Assembly (NCBI RefSeq): GCF_902713615.1
Contig: NC_052164.1
Location: 81,381,830-81,445,829, forward strand
Length of the DNA stretch: 64,000 bases
DNA from: Scyliorhinus canicula
Taxonomy: Eukaryota
Reading direction: 5' to 3'
The first letter of the stretch is position 1; every line of letters starts with the position of its first letter. The notes under the pieces are model-generated. The model saw only the letters and a list, made by a program, of their open reading frames with translations, did not search any database and was not told the origin of the DNA. Below are positions 48,921 through 63,321 of this stretch, one piece after another. The position numbers were made by a program, and so were the translations under genes.

Positions 48921-51900
48921 ACTGTGATTGGTTGGGTTGGGTTTAAACCCCTTTCCCTCCAAACGATTGGAATTTGAGGAACTGTTCAGTGAAAATGAAC
49001 TGAACCTGAACACCACCTCCATGGTTTAAAAAATTTTCTATACCTAATTGTAATTTTTTTCACTGGCGAGTTGGGATGCCTGCACAGAAATTCCCTGTTT
49101 GTAGAATTTACAACACAGGCCCTTTGGCCCATTTGTCTTTCTGACTCTGTCCCCTCCCCACTGAGATTTATCCAATCCCCTCTTAATGCTCCCCTTTGTC
49201 TCAGTAGCTGCTTGTTTAAAAAAAAAAAATCCCTGACTTAATAGTGCTCTGTTTGGGAATTAAGTTATCCAGCTTTCCCAATTAGTTCCTTTCCAATTAA
49301 TTCCTGTCTCATTCTCATGAACGGCCTGCGTGGGGAGTGGTTGGGCAGCTAGTTCTGCATTGTGTGAGATGTACTTTTTAGAGACAGTATTAAAGTTTCA
49401 CCAGAGCAAAAAAAAAATGTCAAACATGACACTGTCCCATTCAGACTGCATGCAAGTGGAATCTGCTTGGAGCATACATGCAGATGCAATACTCAAAATT
49501 GTGCCAAAATCCATACACAAGCTGTGGATCTTTCAGGAAAAATAAATTGTCGTACAGACCAGCCTTTTACTAGATTTTCCACCCCTCAGTACCTTCTGCT
49601 GTTTGATTTCTAGAGGCAATGGCTATTCTTGTTGACCAAAGCTGCCCCGGATTAATCAGAGCTGTGAACAATTGACTTATTAATTGGATTCTCGGCCGGC
49701 CTCTAATGCGTACCTCAGAATGTCAGTGCTCTTCCAAACAGTGCTTACTTTTTGTCTAAACTTCTGGCAAGTCCAGATGCAGCACAATGATCCGAAACTG
49801 CTCCTCAGCAAACAAGGGATTACTCACACTGACCAGCATTAGACCTACTGACAAAATCGGTTCTTGAACTGGATTCCACTAAATTCATTTACAGCTACAT
49901 CTGGTAAACTGATTTTAAAATGTGTGATTTGCTCACTGAACCAGGTCCTATTTAAACAGTGTCTGAAATATTGGATTTCTCTTCATAACTTCAGTTCAAA
50001 CCCAAGTCATTTCTTTTTTTTTTCACAAGAATAGAAGGAGATTTAGATGAGCGAGTTTGAGATGGCAAAGTCCAATAAAGCAATCTGATGAAGTGAGGAA
50101 TTTCAAGAATGATGGACAAGAATTTTAATCTGAGAGGTTATAAATATGAGCTGTTTCTTGGCTTTACTCATAAGCTAGGATAGAAGTTGTTGAGTGCCGT
50201 TTTCCATGTGTTCAGTTTGTAATGTGAGATCAGCGTCCTCCTAATATAATGTCAAACCAGCTCTTATATCGGCGATCAAATCATAAACCACTATTTGGGA
50301 TGTTTAGGTGCAGGAATCTTGGTCGTGGCTTCGATCCCTGCACTTCATACTAAACAAATAGATAGCACAGTGCCCAGGCAATGGGTAGCGCCTGAGTTTC
50401 TATTTGCTCAAGAGTTGTCGCTGTTTTCTGCAAGTATCACAGGATAAATGCAAGCAGTTTATCGCTGTATTACTGCCTTAGAGCAGTGTTGGCCTTCACA
50501 CTGGCAGTAAGGTTCCTTTTTGGGAGTAGTTCACATGCAGATACATTCTCAATACAGTAAATGTAGAGTGCAGCAGGTATTTTCTGTTGGTATTACACGT
50601 TGCTAATTTTTGTCTTTAATTTTCACATTCTTCATGGTATTATTACATCTAACCAAACATTGCATTTTCCCTTGGAAGCTAGCATACTCATTGTTTTTGT
50701 TCTGGACTTTAGTTGCAAATGAGGAATTATGTATTCTCTGGTCTTCAGATCACCAGCAAAAAAAAAAGTTATAACGTAAAAGAAACAGTTGAGAATTTGT
50801 TTTTAAAAAAGCAAGATTTGTATAGATTTTTTATGTAGCTCTCCTTTTCTTTTTAAAACCTGGATTCTTGGAAAATACTGGAATTTTTCCAGGTTGTACT
50901 CCACCTGAGTACATGTTTTTAAAATCCATATTCATCATTTGGTCCCTTCAATTTAATGTTTTCATTTTACCTTTTTGTAATCAAGGTCTTTTGACTTTGT
51001 TCCCTTTTAATTTTTGTTTTTGAAATGGGAAAGTTAACTTGCTGGCTAAGAAAGTGGAATTGGAGGAATTTTGAATCCTAGGAAAAATTGCACTGCTGTT
51101 TAAATTTTAGTGTTATTTAGCTCTTTGTACAGCTGGTAATTTGTCTGCAAATGTGCAATATTTTTAAATACTTCATCATCCTTTTCTAGAGTAAGATCTG
51201 CTTATCAGTTCCTGATAGTATTTGCTCCACAAACCAATTTCTCAATGCCAAATGTAATGTCACCCGATTCTGTATTAATTGACATTGTTCATATAAAGGA
51301 AAATATGATTTTCGAATGTATTTTCTTCAGGTTATAAATTGTATTCTAATCCTTTTGTCTGGGAAATTTTACAAATTAATGGTTTTGCAACTTTTATTTT
51401 TCTTTCTCCTATGTAATGTTGTGAAGACAGTGCAGCTACTTTTTAAAAACCAGCAACATTTTGCAAGTAAAGTGTTTATCCTCTTCATTGTTTATGCACT
51501 TTTTTGGATAAAAGTATGATTTTACATGAATTTATTTGCATTGTGGCCGAGTTTCAAGGCCTCTCACAATGATAATTTCATATGATTCATTGGTCCTGAG
51601 ATTTTAGTCGTAAGTCCAGGTTTTAGTTTCCTGATGATGTCTTATGCCCTGCAATTTTGGGCTATGTGGATTGGAGTATAAAATTACAATTACATGAATG
51701 GATTAAGTAAGATGGATTTCAATGTAATGTCGTCCATTTCGACCAAAAAGGGATTGATTTGGGGTTTTAAAAATAGTGAGAAATTAGGAACAGAGGAACT
51801 TTAAAAAAAAAAAAATCAGTCACACACTATTCAATGGTTAATGGAATGCAAGCTTTTTATATCTGAATATCTATGGGAGGATGCTATGCAAACAGCTTTG

Positions 51901-52034
51901 CAAAGCCCAGTTTAAACTCTAGTTGGAGTACTGAGCATCTTTCTGAGCACTGCACCATACAGTAAGTAATCTTGGAAGAAGTGTAGATTCGGCAGAATGT
52001 TGGGGTTCAATTTGAGGAGATTACATAATTAAGG

Positions 52035-53116
52035 CACCAGTCAGGACTGCGACCATTTCAAAAATGCTGGCCGTGACCAGCTTTTAGAATACTGGCTGTC
52101 ATGCGAATGCAATATGCAAGCCTGGAGCTCAGCGAGGCAGACCACCTCCTCCTCCTGATATCAGTGCGCTGATCCAGGAGCAAATTCTTTACGGGGTTTT
52201 CTCCAGAAGTGGCAGCAGATAGCAGGTCACGAACCCCGTACACAGACGTCATGTGCTCTGGGTGTGAGAGAGGTTCCTCTATTTTGCAGCTGCCAGCAGT
52301 GCTGATGTGAACTCCAGGGCTTCTGGAGAACAACCCATGAAGAAGCTGAAAACAGGAACAAAGCAGTATAAAGATGATTTTTTTTGAGGTATGAGTTTGT
52401 TAATTGTGCCACTGCAAATGAGGATGCAATGTTAGTGTGTGTTTCATAGAGTATCATAGAATTTACAGTGCAGAAGGAGGCCATTCGGCCCATCGAGTCT
52501 GCACCGGCTCTTGGAAAGAGCACCCTACCCAAGGTCAACACCTCCACCCTATCCCCATAACCCAGTAACCCCACCCAACCTAAGGGCAATTTTGGACACT
52601 AAGGGCATTTATCATGGCCAATCCACCTAACCTGCACATCTTTGGACTGTGGGAGGAAACCGGAGCACCCGGAGGAAACCCACGCACACACGGGGAGGAT
52701 ATGCAGACTCCGAACAGACAGTGACCCAAGCCGGTATCGAACCTGGGACCCTCGAGCTGTGAAACAATTGTGCTATCCACAATGCTACCATGCTGTTATA
52801 TGCTGGGAAGTACTGACAAATGAAAGATTAAAACCCTCAACTTCAAAGGCATTTCAAGACTAAGCACGGTGAGTTCGAGGACAAAGTTTGATTCTTTTTT
52901 AGCAGCTGCAGTGAGATCTTTAATTATGAGTTAAAGCCCTGAACAGAGATGTAACATTCAATGACAAAGCTAGTGTGACATTGTGAGGACCTAACAGGCT
53001 CACCTGTCACATTAAAGGTGAGCACAAATGGTGGGTTATGAAGCTTAGGTGACATGGGTCCCAAAGGATGCCCAGTTGGCAAAAATGGGTCCGGGCAAAA
53101 AGTTTGGGAAAAAATG
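52035..53116 (+). mobile_element. Internally deleted hAT (Buster/Charlie-like) element with BED-finger remnant, split by a V-SINE
   Basis: KQYKDDFL.YEFVNC...CV|ICWEVLTNERLKPS..RHFKTKH resembles the Buster/ZBED5 N-terminus; end aaaaatgggtcc..aagtttgggaa. The left boundary is approximate. Confidence 0.6.
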
Positions 53117-55872
53117 ATCAAGAAAGACAAGGGCATATGTCAGCTGGGAACGCCACCATATGGAAGTTTCCCTCCAAGCCGTTCACCATTTTGACTTGGA
53201 AATATATTGCTGTTCTTTCTCTGGAAGCCTAACTGGCACTGGGGGTGTACCTACACCACAAGGGGCTGATTTGGTTCAGTTGGCTCGACAGCACGAGTTT
53301 GATTACTACACCGGCTGAGGTTATTCATGAAGGCCTTGCCTTCTCGACCATCCCCCTTGCCTGAGGTATAGTGATCCTCAAGTTAAATCAGCACCAGTCA
53401 GCTCCCAAGGGGAAAGCAGCTGACGGTTATTTGGTATTATTGTGACTTTACACCACATGGACTGCCGTAGTTCAAGAAGGCAGCTCATCACCAACTTCAC
53501 AAGGACAATTCGGGGTGGGCAATGAATGTGGGCGGCCAGTAAAGCCCACGTACCTTTTGAATGAATAAATTGGTCAAGTATTCCCTGCAGTTTGGGCCAT
53601 TTAAGTGGTGATGCGGCAGCAACTTTAGCTTTTTCTGAAACAAGTCAAAGTTTCCTGATGGTAGGTCAAAGAGGCATCAGCATAAAATAAGAGCCAGGCT
53701 ATTCAAGAAGGAAGTTAGGAAACACTTGCACAAGGGGTGATAGAAGTGTGCAATTCTTAAAAAGCAGTCGATGCTTTATAATTGAGGGGCATAGCTAAAG
53801 TGGATAGAAAGGGCTTATTTCCTCTACCAGAGCGATGATCAATATGGGCATAGATTTAAAGTAATTTGGCAGGATTAGAGGGGAGGTGAAATATTTTTCC
53901 CAGAGGGGGGGGGGGGTCTCTGCAATTGAGTGTCTGGAAGGGTGACAAATAGAGAAACCCCACACACACACACAATCCAAAAATGTGCAGATTAGGTGGA
54001 TTGGCCAAGATAAATTGCCCTTAATTGGAAAAAAAATAAAAATACTTGGAACATGTATTTGAAATGCAGTCACCTACAGGGCTACAGACCCAAGAGCTGG
54101 CTAGTGGGATTAGGCATGCTTGTTCTTTTGGTCAGTACAGATATGATTGGCTGAATGGCCCTCTTGTGCTATTAAATTTTCTATATCTCTGCTGGTTCAA
54201 TTTAAAATCTCTTTAAATTTTAAGTAGCCAAGGCAAGGATTCACATTCCTTGTTGAATGATACAGCGGATTTGACGGTCTGAATAGCTTATTGTTCCATG
54301 AATAGTGCTATGGATTTGGATACCTTTCCGTATGAGAATTGACTATAAATCCAGCTCAAAGACATTTATGGCAAAGAGCAACAGCACCATAATTCAATTG
54401 AACATTTCTGATCCGTATGCAGCGCAGTGCTTTATGATTGCCAGTAGAATCCCGGGATTGGATTTCTACCTTATTCAGCTAGGAATTCCTGTAATGAAAA
54501 ATACTTTTATGTAGTGAAAAGGCAAGCTGACATGGGTGTGAAGATAAAAAAGTAAATCATGAAGTTATGTGGTTTCTGTCTGTACAATTAGAGCAGCTTC
54601 GGGCTAACCGTGACCTGCAGTATTGTTCTTAGTGTGTGCTGCTTGTACAGCAAATTTTAGACAGTGACTGAAACTCGTCTGCAGTGCCATGTTTTAAATA
54701 CAAGGTCAATCCTGTAACTGGGTTTACCATAACCAGGGAAAGTGCGGTTAACATTTGATGGACTTGGTCTTGAAGATGCAGGGTTATTGCAATTAATGTT
54801 GATCTTTTAGTATGGGTTTATAGCTAATCTGACATAGGACATATCCAATGTCTTTATTAAAATGCTCACTAGGGGCTGACAACAGTTCACTGTTCCTGTA
54901 ATACAGTTTGCATTCACAATTTTACTCTCAGCAGTGTGATTGTGGGGGAAGATCTACATCTGAATCTTGCTGGGAATTAACAGGTTTCTCGTGAAATTGT
55001 GATCATTTTGTCACATGCAGAATATTGTGCATGCTTAGCAATTGATGCCCTTGAACCTACTGGGGATATAGTTCCTCCTGTGCTACCCTCACACCGAGGT
55101 ATTGTTAAAGGTTTGCGAATGATAATCCATAATTGCAGGACAGAAGCAGCCTCCGATCCAGTATTGACATTCAGACAATTTTAATCAAGAGCTGCTTCCA
55201 TGAGTGGTATTTCCTCACAGCCATTTTCTCTTCCATTTTCCCCAGTCTAATAACCAGTGTTCCAAATCTAAATGCTGACATCTATCACCAATTTTCTAAT
55301 CCTTATTGATTTGTGTTCACATATACTCATGCATTTCTCAGTTAAGTGTACTTCATCTACTAGGCAGGCGACTCAACTGTAAACCAATTAATCTCGGCTC
55401 TCCATCGAGTGACTGCAAAAACGTTTTAATTGTTCAAAATGAGAGTACATACAAATTATAATTCTGGTGTGAAGACATAGTCTCCGTGTTTTAGGTTTGT
55501 TTTTGAAATTGCGACGGTGCATTTCTTGATTTATGCCGGTAAACGTTTTTTTTAGAAATATTTTATTGTACTTTTTTAACCACTTTTAAACAAAACATAG
55601 ACTAACAACTAAACAGTAAGAACCTTCCCCCACTACCTTTTAGCACAGCCTAAATAGCTGGTTTTTAAAGCAGACCAAGGCAGGCCAGCAGCACGGTTCA
55701 ATTCCCGTACTAGCCTCCCCGGTCAGGTGCTGGAATGAGGCGACTCGGGGCTTTTCACAGTAACTTCATTTGAAGCCTACTTGTGACACTAAGGGGGGAG
55801 GGGAGGCAAAGGGGACCCCCAAAACCATTTCCTCCATTTTTGACAACGACAAATAAGGTAAGAGAAAATCGT

Positions 55873-55999
55873 GGGTCGCGAAGGCGGCCGGGTTGGGTCG
55901 CGAAGGTCGGCCGGGTTGGGTCGCGAAGGTCGGCCAGGTTGGGTCACGAAGGTAGGCCGGGTTGGGTCGCGAAGGTCGGCCGGGTTGGGTCGCGAAGGT
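55873..55999. repeat. 23-bp tandem repeat (gggtcgcgaaggtcggccgggtt) x~5.5 in an hAT subterminal region
   Basis: Seen directly; adjacent to the TIR aagtttgaaaaacactg at ~56025-56041. Confidence 0.85.
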
Positions 56000-56287
56000 T
56001 GATAAAAATGGGTCCCTGGAAATAAAGTTTGAAAAACACTGTTCTCACCCAATGCCCACAATTGCCGATGTTGTATCAAAAAAGGACCTGCAGAAGCCCT
56101 GCAGCTTTGAGCACGACCAGAACATGCACATGTGCGCAGGATGATCCCCTTCAAACACTGAGTTCATCTATCCTCCACCCCATTGAAAAACGGACTCATT
56201 CTCCCCTTAATTATTATTATTTGTGAGGTGTGCTTGAAACACTACCTTTAGCTGAATGAGACTCAACCTTGCACAAGACGAGGTCAC

Positions 56288-59226
56288 GTTCACCCTCCTT
56301 AGTGGTAGGGGAATCTGCGGGTGCCAGGTCCCGGAGGGAGTTTGTGTCATGTCAGCCGTCGGGGTTTCTACGTATGCGTACTGGGTGTTGGTGTGGAGGA
56401 GCTGGACCCTCTCGACCAGGGGGTCAGACTTATGGCTCCTTACATGTTTGCGGATTAGGATGGGCCCCAGGACGGAGGCGAGACTCGGAGGTGGATTTCC
56501 TAAGGAAAACAAACAGGCGGTCATGAGGGGTCTCGTTCGTGGCTGTGCAAAGGAGGGACCAATGGAGTGGAGCGTGTCGGGGAGGACCTCCTGCCAGTGG
56601 GAAACTGAGAGATTCTGAGACCATAGGGCCAGGAGGACGGCATTCCATACCGTCGCGTTCTCCCTCTCCACCTGTCCGTTTCCCCGGGGGTTGTAACTGG
56701 TAGTCCTGCTCGAGGCGATGTCCTTACCGAGCAGGTACTGACGCAGTTCGTCGCTCACAAACGAGGAGCCCCGGTCACTGTGGACGTAAATGGGGAAACC
56801 GAACAAGGTGAAGATACTATGTAGGGCCTTAATGATGATGGCCGTTGTCATGTCGGGGCAGGGAATTGCAAAGGGGAAGCGGGAGAACTCGTCAACGACA
56901 TTGAGGAAATACGTGTTGCAGTTGGTAGAGGGGAGGGGCCCTTTGAAGTCGATACTGAGGTGCTCAAAGGGCTGGGATGCCTTCACCAGGTGGGCCTTAT
57001 CCGGTTGATAGAAGTGCGGCTTACACGCCACGCAGATTTGGCAGTCCCTGGTCATGGCTCTGACCTCCTCTGTGGAGTAGGGCAGGTTGCGGGCCTTGGT
57101 GTAGTGGAGAAGCCGGGTGGCAGAGGTCACCGTGATGTCCCAGAGTCGGTCATCTTGCGCGCTGGCGCATGTGCCACGGGACAGGGCATCTGGGGGCTTG
57201 TTGAGCTTCCCAGGATGATACACTATATTGTAATTATATGTGGAGAGTTCGATCCTCCACCTCAAGATTTTATCGTTCTTGATCTTGCCCCGCTGTGTAT
57301 TATCAAACATGAAGGCTACCGGCCGTTGGTCAGTGACGAGGGTAAGCCTCCTACCAGCGAGGTAGTGCCTCCAGTGCCGCACAGCTTCCACGATGGCTTG
57401 GGCTTCTTTTTCGACTGAGGAGTGTCGAATTTTGGAGGCGTTGAGGGTACGGGAGAAAATGTTACTGGCCTGCCCGCCTGATTGAGGGTGGCGGCGAGGG
57501 CGACCTCTGACACGTCGCTCTCCACCTGGAAGGGGATGGACTCGTCCACCGTGCACATGGCGGCTTTGGAAATATCTGCCTTGCTGTGGCTGAAGGCCTG
57601 GCGGGCCTCAGCCGGCAGTGGGAAGATGGTAGCTTTGATCAATGGGTGGGCTTTCTCCGCATAGTTGGGCACCCCTGGGCGTAATAGGAAAAGAACCCGA
57701 GGCACCCTCTTCAGGGCCTTGGGGCAGTGGGGGAGGGGGGAGTTGAACGGGGCGGCGCATACGTCCGGGTCAGGCCCTAGAACTCCATTATTCCACAACG
57801 CAGCCGAGGATGGCTAGTCTGGTTGTGCGGAAAACGCATTTCTCCTTGTTATAAGTTGAGGGTTGAGGCTTGGGCGGTTCTGGAGAAATTTCTGGCGGCG
57901 ACTGGCTTACAGTCGCGGTGAGATTTGGGAAGAGCGGGGTGGGTCGACCTTCAGGGTCGCGAGGCTACAAAGCGGTGAGGGGGGGTAGGGGCCCGCCGAG
58001 CTTCAGTGTCAGGCCCCTGAGGTTGCACTGGAATCCAGTCCCAAAAGGAGAGTAGCGCAGAGATCGGGGTAGTACGTATAGCTTGAAGTTTGCGTATTTG
58101 ATGCCTTGTATCGCGAGTTCGCGCAGTGTCCCCCCCGGATCTGCACTGAGTGTGATAGTTTGGAGTGCGGGGGAGATTTGGAGCGAACAGCGCCTTATCG
58201 TGTCTGGGTGAATGAAGCTCTCCATGCTCCCAGAGTCAAACAGGCAAGGCATTTTGTGTCCATTGACCCAGACGGTCACCATGGAGTTCCGGAGATGTTT
58301 TGGTTGTGACGGGTCGAGGGTGACCGCGCCGAGTTGCGGGTAGCCGGTGTAGTCGAGGTGATGGGGTCATCCCAAGGTGGCTGCCCCCGTGGGACGCATC
58401 TGTCGGGCGGCGAGGAAGATGGCGTCCAAGATGGTGGCCCCCATGAGTCGCACATGGCGGGCTGCATGGGAGACGGTGGCCAAGAAGCAGCCCCCGTGAG
58501 TCCACGCGTTTTGTGTGGAGTTGAAGATGGCTGCAGCCACGGACAACACGAGGCAGATGATGAGTCCGGAGGCGGCGGAGCCGGCAGGCACGCAGCCACA
58601 CTGCGGGGTCTGTGGGCCTGTGAGTCCGAGAGTCGGGCCTGCGATTTGGAGGATTTGGACCTGGCCAGGCAAACTTTGGCAAAGTGTCCCTTTTTGCCGC
58701 AGTCGCTGCAGTTCGTGTTCCGAGCCGGGCAGCGCTGCCTGGGGTGCTGTTGCTGACCGCAGAAATAGCAGGGTAGCCCCCCGGGCTGGGTGGGCAGCTG
58801 CGTGGCACATGCCTGGTCGGGGGTCCACGAGGGGGTCGCGTGATCGGACGGGAACGCGTTGAGGCTTTGGAATCCTACTCCTAAGGAGGTGGCTAGTTTT
58901 ATCATCTCTTCTAGGTCGAGGGCACCTTTCTTGATTAAATTGATGTGACCATCAATTCACGTGAGGCAGAGAGTTGAAGTGAACAGTGGTTTTAATCGGC
59001 TAGAACAGTGACTGCCTGCGACTGCTCTGCAAGTGAGAGCCGCCTACAGGGCAGCTGCTCTTTATACCTCCCCTCATGGGGGCGGAGCCAGTGGCAGAGC
59101 CCACAAGGGCACCAACATGATACATTCCGTGTCGTACAGTACAATGTCCAGAGGTGGAGCCCACTGGGCAACAGCATGATACAATGTAATACAGTGGTGA
59201 AAGGTTAGTACAATAATTTCACCACA
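56288..59226 (-). mobile_element. Ty3/Gypsy LTR retrotransposon with internal deletions (5' LTR 58941-59226)
   Basis: gag with two zinc knuckles (CYFCG..HPRQRC, CSDCGKKGHFAKVC), protease LFDSGS, RNase H (ESDVSEVA, HSSVEKEA, TDQ), integrase (IDFKGPLP, HSDRG, GNGQVERE), PPT-like ggagggtgaa at ~56290. Most of RT is missing. Confidence 0.88.
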
Positions 59227-60376
59227 GCTTGTACATTTTTCTCTCCGCTAATAGCTCTGGAGATGGACTGTTCACATACCTGAGATCAACCTCCATAATA
59301 CCAGTTTTTCTCTCTCGCCCCCGTCCTTGCCTCTGCATCTACATATGTCTTGAAAGATGTAATTTCTCCCCTAATTACTATCTTCAGCACTTCCCATAGT
59401 ATCAAGGGTAAGACTTCCAATTATCATTGCTCAAAATGCCACCCTGGATAACCCGGAGACCCTCACACAGAGCTCCAAGTCCGCCAACAGACCTATATTT
59501 AACCGCCATCCCTTGCGATGCCCCCCGGCCCACTTCCCAACTCCAAGTCTACTCATTTTTCCAATTAAGGGGCAATTTAGCATGGCCTATCCACCTACAC
59601 TGCACATATTTGGTAATGGGGTGAGATAAACGGTGACCCGGGCCGGATCGAAACCTGGGTCCTCGTTGCCATGAGGCATCAGTTCTACCACTGCGCCACA
59701 GTGCCACCTGGGCATGGTCAGAAATGACCACAGCTGTGTACTCAGACTTCTTCATCCCTGCCCACAGCACCCGGCTCACGCCAAAGTAGTCAATCCTGGA
59801 AAACATGCTGTGAACTGAGGAAAAGAACAAAAACTCTTTATTCCCCGAACCGCCCAGGGTTTGCTCCTCTCCGTTTCGTCCATAAGTGCATTAACAGCTT
59901 TGCCATCCCCACAGGGACCAGCGACCTTGGCTTCGAGCGATCCACCCTGGGGTCTAGCACGCAATTCATGTCACAACACCCCCCCCCCCCCCCCCCCCCC
60001 CCCTCAATGATTGGTATCTCGATCTGGTATCTCTGCCAGCAATCTTTTCATGAACATGGTATCATCCCAATTCGGGGGGTATGCATTCACCGCCTGTTTG
60101 CCTTCTAACATCCCTGTTACTATAACATACCACCTGCCTGTGTCCACTCTCACCGTCTTCCCTTTTATTAACGAGAATTGTCAACCCTCGAACCCTGCTG
60201 TCGAACCCTGAATGGAAAACTTGGCCCACCCATGCCTTCCGAAGCTGCGCCTGATCCCGTTCAGGCATGCCCGTCTCCTGCAGAAACATCACTTCGGCCT
60301 CCAGGCTCTTTAAATGAGCAAAAACCCATGCTCTTTTGACTGGGTCCCCCAGACCCCGCACATTCCAGATGATCAC
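59227..60376 (-). mobile_element. L1-clade LINE endonuclease region, interrupted by SINE 59550-59706
   Basis: IIWNVRGL..KRAWVFAHLKSL..VMFLQET; FFSSVHSMFSRIDYF; VISDHA. Confidence 0.82.
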
Positions 60377-60750
60377 CCTTGCTGGGGGCCTCTCACCCTC
60401 AACCTCGGGTCAGCCATTACCACCGTGATAAGTCATCGCTTCGCCGATGATTCTCAGGCCGCAGGTCCCCCTAAGCTGGTGACCTGTCCCACCTCAGTGA
60501 TGGAACAAAGAAAAATTCCTGGTTACTGCCAGTCCCCCCCGCCCCGCCCGCAGTCAGCAGACAGTCTGACGCCTCCTTCTAGATTTGATTTGATCTATTG
60601 TCACATGTACCGAAGTACAGTGAAAATATTTTTCTGCTGCCAAGGGAACGTACACAGTACGTACATAGTAGACACAAAAGAATAATCAACCCATCGAATC
60701 TAACCTAACTGGCCCAACAAGTCGCAACTTCCATTAACTAGTCTACTCCC

Positions 60751-60999
60751 TGTGGTGAGATAACCACTGTAGTTATGTGTACTGCAGTAGGGGGATGTAC
60801 GCCTGTACCTGTAATACAGGTTCCTCCGGTAAGCCCCTGCCGGCTAGCTCCGCCCACAGGGAGCTTATGTATAAATGTATGAGAGCTGCTCAGACCCTTA
60901 GTCTACTGTTGCAGATGGAGGGACAACATCGTACAACAATAAAGCCTCTATTGAACCAGTCTTTCGGCTTTGAGTATAATTGTTATTGTTAGCGCTACA
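60751..60999 (+). mobile_element. Solo LTR (249 bp)
   Basis: TG..CA ends, perfect 5-bp TSD CTCCC, internal TATAAA (~60870) and AATAAA (~60938). Confidence 0.85.
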
Positions 61000-63030
61000 C
61001 TCCCTAGCACCCGCTGGGAGACCAGCCCCCCCCCCCCCCCCCCTCCTCCACCCTCCAGGCCCCACGTGCTGGTAAATTGAGCACATGCTGAATGTACTGA
61101 TATTCAGTTAATTTAATCTACTGCTCAGCAGGAAATACTGTAATCACTGTGTTTTTAGATATAAAGACAATGGCGGCACTTTAATTGAAGCAGTATTTTT
61201 AAGGCTAAGGCTATACTCACCATACCGTGGGGCAGCTATTTGTAAATTTTTAAAAATCAGCTTGGATATTTAACTAGCATGAATCTTGCACATTTTAATA
61301 TGCAAGTACTGATCTTGCTGATAGATGTTACACTTCAGTTGTGATCCTTTGACACAAATCAGAATATTTCACTCACAATGCATTTTGCCTGTTGTGAAAA
61401 CTTGATATTAATATCCTCTGTCAGGGAAAGGAAATACAAGTAAGCATGGAAATAATTTCATTCGTAGGCAAATTTAGAATCTATAATTTAGAGAACACTT
61501 AGGTAACGTGGACTAATGGGAAGCAGTCAGCATGGATTTGTAAAGAGCAGTTCAATTAAACTTTTTATGGCAATTCGGGGATGAAGAAAATGCAGTGAAT
61601 GTTCTCTCCAATTCTAAAATCACAAGGCATTGCAAAAGATGTCAGAAAAGTGATGTACCAAAAATGTGATGGAGGATTTCTTGGGATTTGGTGATCTATG
61701 AATAGCGTACGTTTTTCAGACAGGAGAAATATCTGAGCCGAACTTGTCTGGTGTTCGCCATTAAAATATCCCTGCCTTGTTCTCGTGAATATCTGTTTGC
61801 TGAGCACCAATTGAGTAGATTTGCATATTGTCAGAGTGAGGATGTAGCAGATGCAAATTTTCTGAGCTCGAACTGATGTTACACAAAGTAAGATTGAGAT
61901 GCGAGATGAAGCAGCTACCCGTGATCAAATCAAGGTGCATGGGAGGAGCTTTTCTGAGTATGGGTAGTTGGCATGTTTTCCAAGACCTTTCTTTTTGATT
62001 TCAGAGTGAGAGGAAGGTAGGGGTGAGCTTTAAGAAAGAGCGATCCTGAGCACCACTTGGGGAAACTTCTGCTGAGAACAGGAAAATGCTCTGTTGTCTT
62101 TTTTTTTGGCAGTAGATTACAGAGATGCAAAATAGAAGCTTATGAAAAGAGTTAGTGTTGTATGAAAGAAATAGTGTACCTTGAAAGCAGAATGAGCTGC
62201 ATTTGTAGAAACAACCACCAGGAGGCAATGCTAACCAGTTGGATCAAAATCTTTAATACTGCACCAAGTATAATCTTGGCTTGAAGAGTAAATAATTGTG
62301 TATTGGTGAGAGGCAGAGGAACTGCCCTTTATGATATTTGTGTAAAAACTCTCAGATAACACTGCAAAAGCCCAAGAAGTGATGGTGTATGATAGTTTGT
62401 GAAATGTAGCTCAATTTACTTAAAGGAGAAATTATGAATATTGCATGAAAGGGGACAGAATTTAACAGTCACTTCATGAAAGCTTGTGAGGAAGGTGCTG
62501 TCGTTGTTAGCTTGATAGAATTCCTATCGTAGGCATTATTCATTGCTCCATGACATAGATCAATTAGGGAAGGTTATAAATCTCTAGAATAGGCTCTTGA
62601 ATATGAACTGATTCTTCAAAATATTGGGTTTTGGATTTAAATTGCCTCCCACCCCTTCAAAGTTTTGGATATGAATTTCCTACCTCACTCCCCCCCCCCC
62701 CCCCCCCCCCCCCCCCACACTTGAAAATGTTGGGTTTTGATTTAAATGTGCTCTCTCTCCCCCCCCGCCCCCCAGCAAAATTTTTCCTGAGGGAGCCAGA
62801 GAACTGTCTCTCGAGACCCAACAAACACTTGCAGTTTGGCACAATTATTCGGTTGGGGTCTAGTACCCAGTTATGGTTGAGCATCGGGTCTGATTATTTC
62901 AGCCCACAAGCGGGCAAAATCAAAATGTTTTCTGCCTTTCATCAATGGTGTGAATAGGCCCTTCAGCCTTGCACGTAATTTATACAATACATAAAGCAAT
63001 GAAGAAGCCAGAAGAGCGGGGGGGGCCAGA

Positions 63031-63321
63031 TTACCCCCCCCCACCGAGGACCACAGAGGCCACCCGCGCAGCCAATTCGTGCCGGCAAATACCTGGTGTA
63101 ACATACGCCGGCGGGACTGGCATAAAACGGGCAGCCACTCTGCCCATTGCAAGCCGGTGAATCGCCGGGGGGGGGCGCTTCCAGTGGTTGTCGACCGGCG
63201 TGGTGTGATTCCCGCCCCCGCCAGATCCCCGGCGCCGGAGAATTCGGCAGTCGGTGGGGGCGGGATTTACGCCGCCCCCCGGAAATTCTCCGACCCGGCG
63301 GGGGGTCGGAAAATCCCGCCC
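63031..63321 (-). mobile_element. Truncated GC-rich MITE related to the Harbinger-type element
   Basis: One TIR-like end (GGGCGGGATTTTCC on the minus strand), CpG-rich palindromic interior, flanked by CAT-GTCTTTT. Confidence 0.55.

Noticed and set aside
56207-57556. 449-aa ORF as a domesticated integrase gene
   Set aside because: It is part of a frameshifted, internally deleted Gypsy pol that still has its LTR and gag.
61221-61235. Possible minus-strand micro-exon (strong donor ATG|gtgagt)
   Set aside because: The polypyrimidine tract is weak, the larger candidate exon has stops in all frames, and no partner exons were found.
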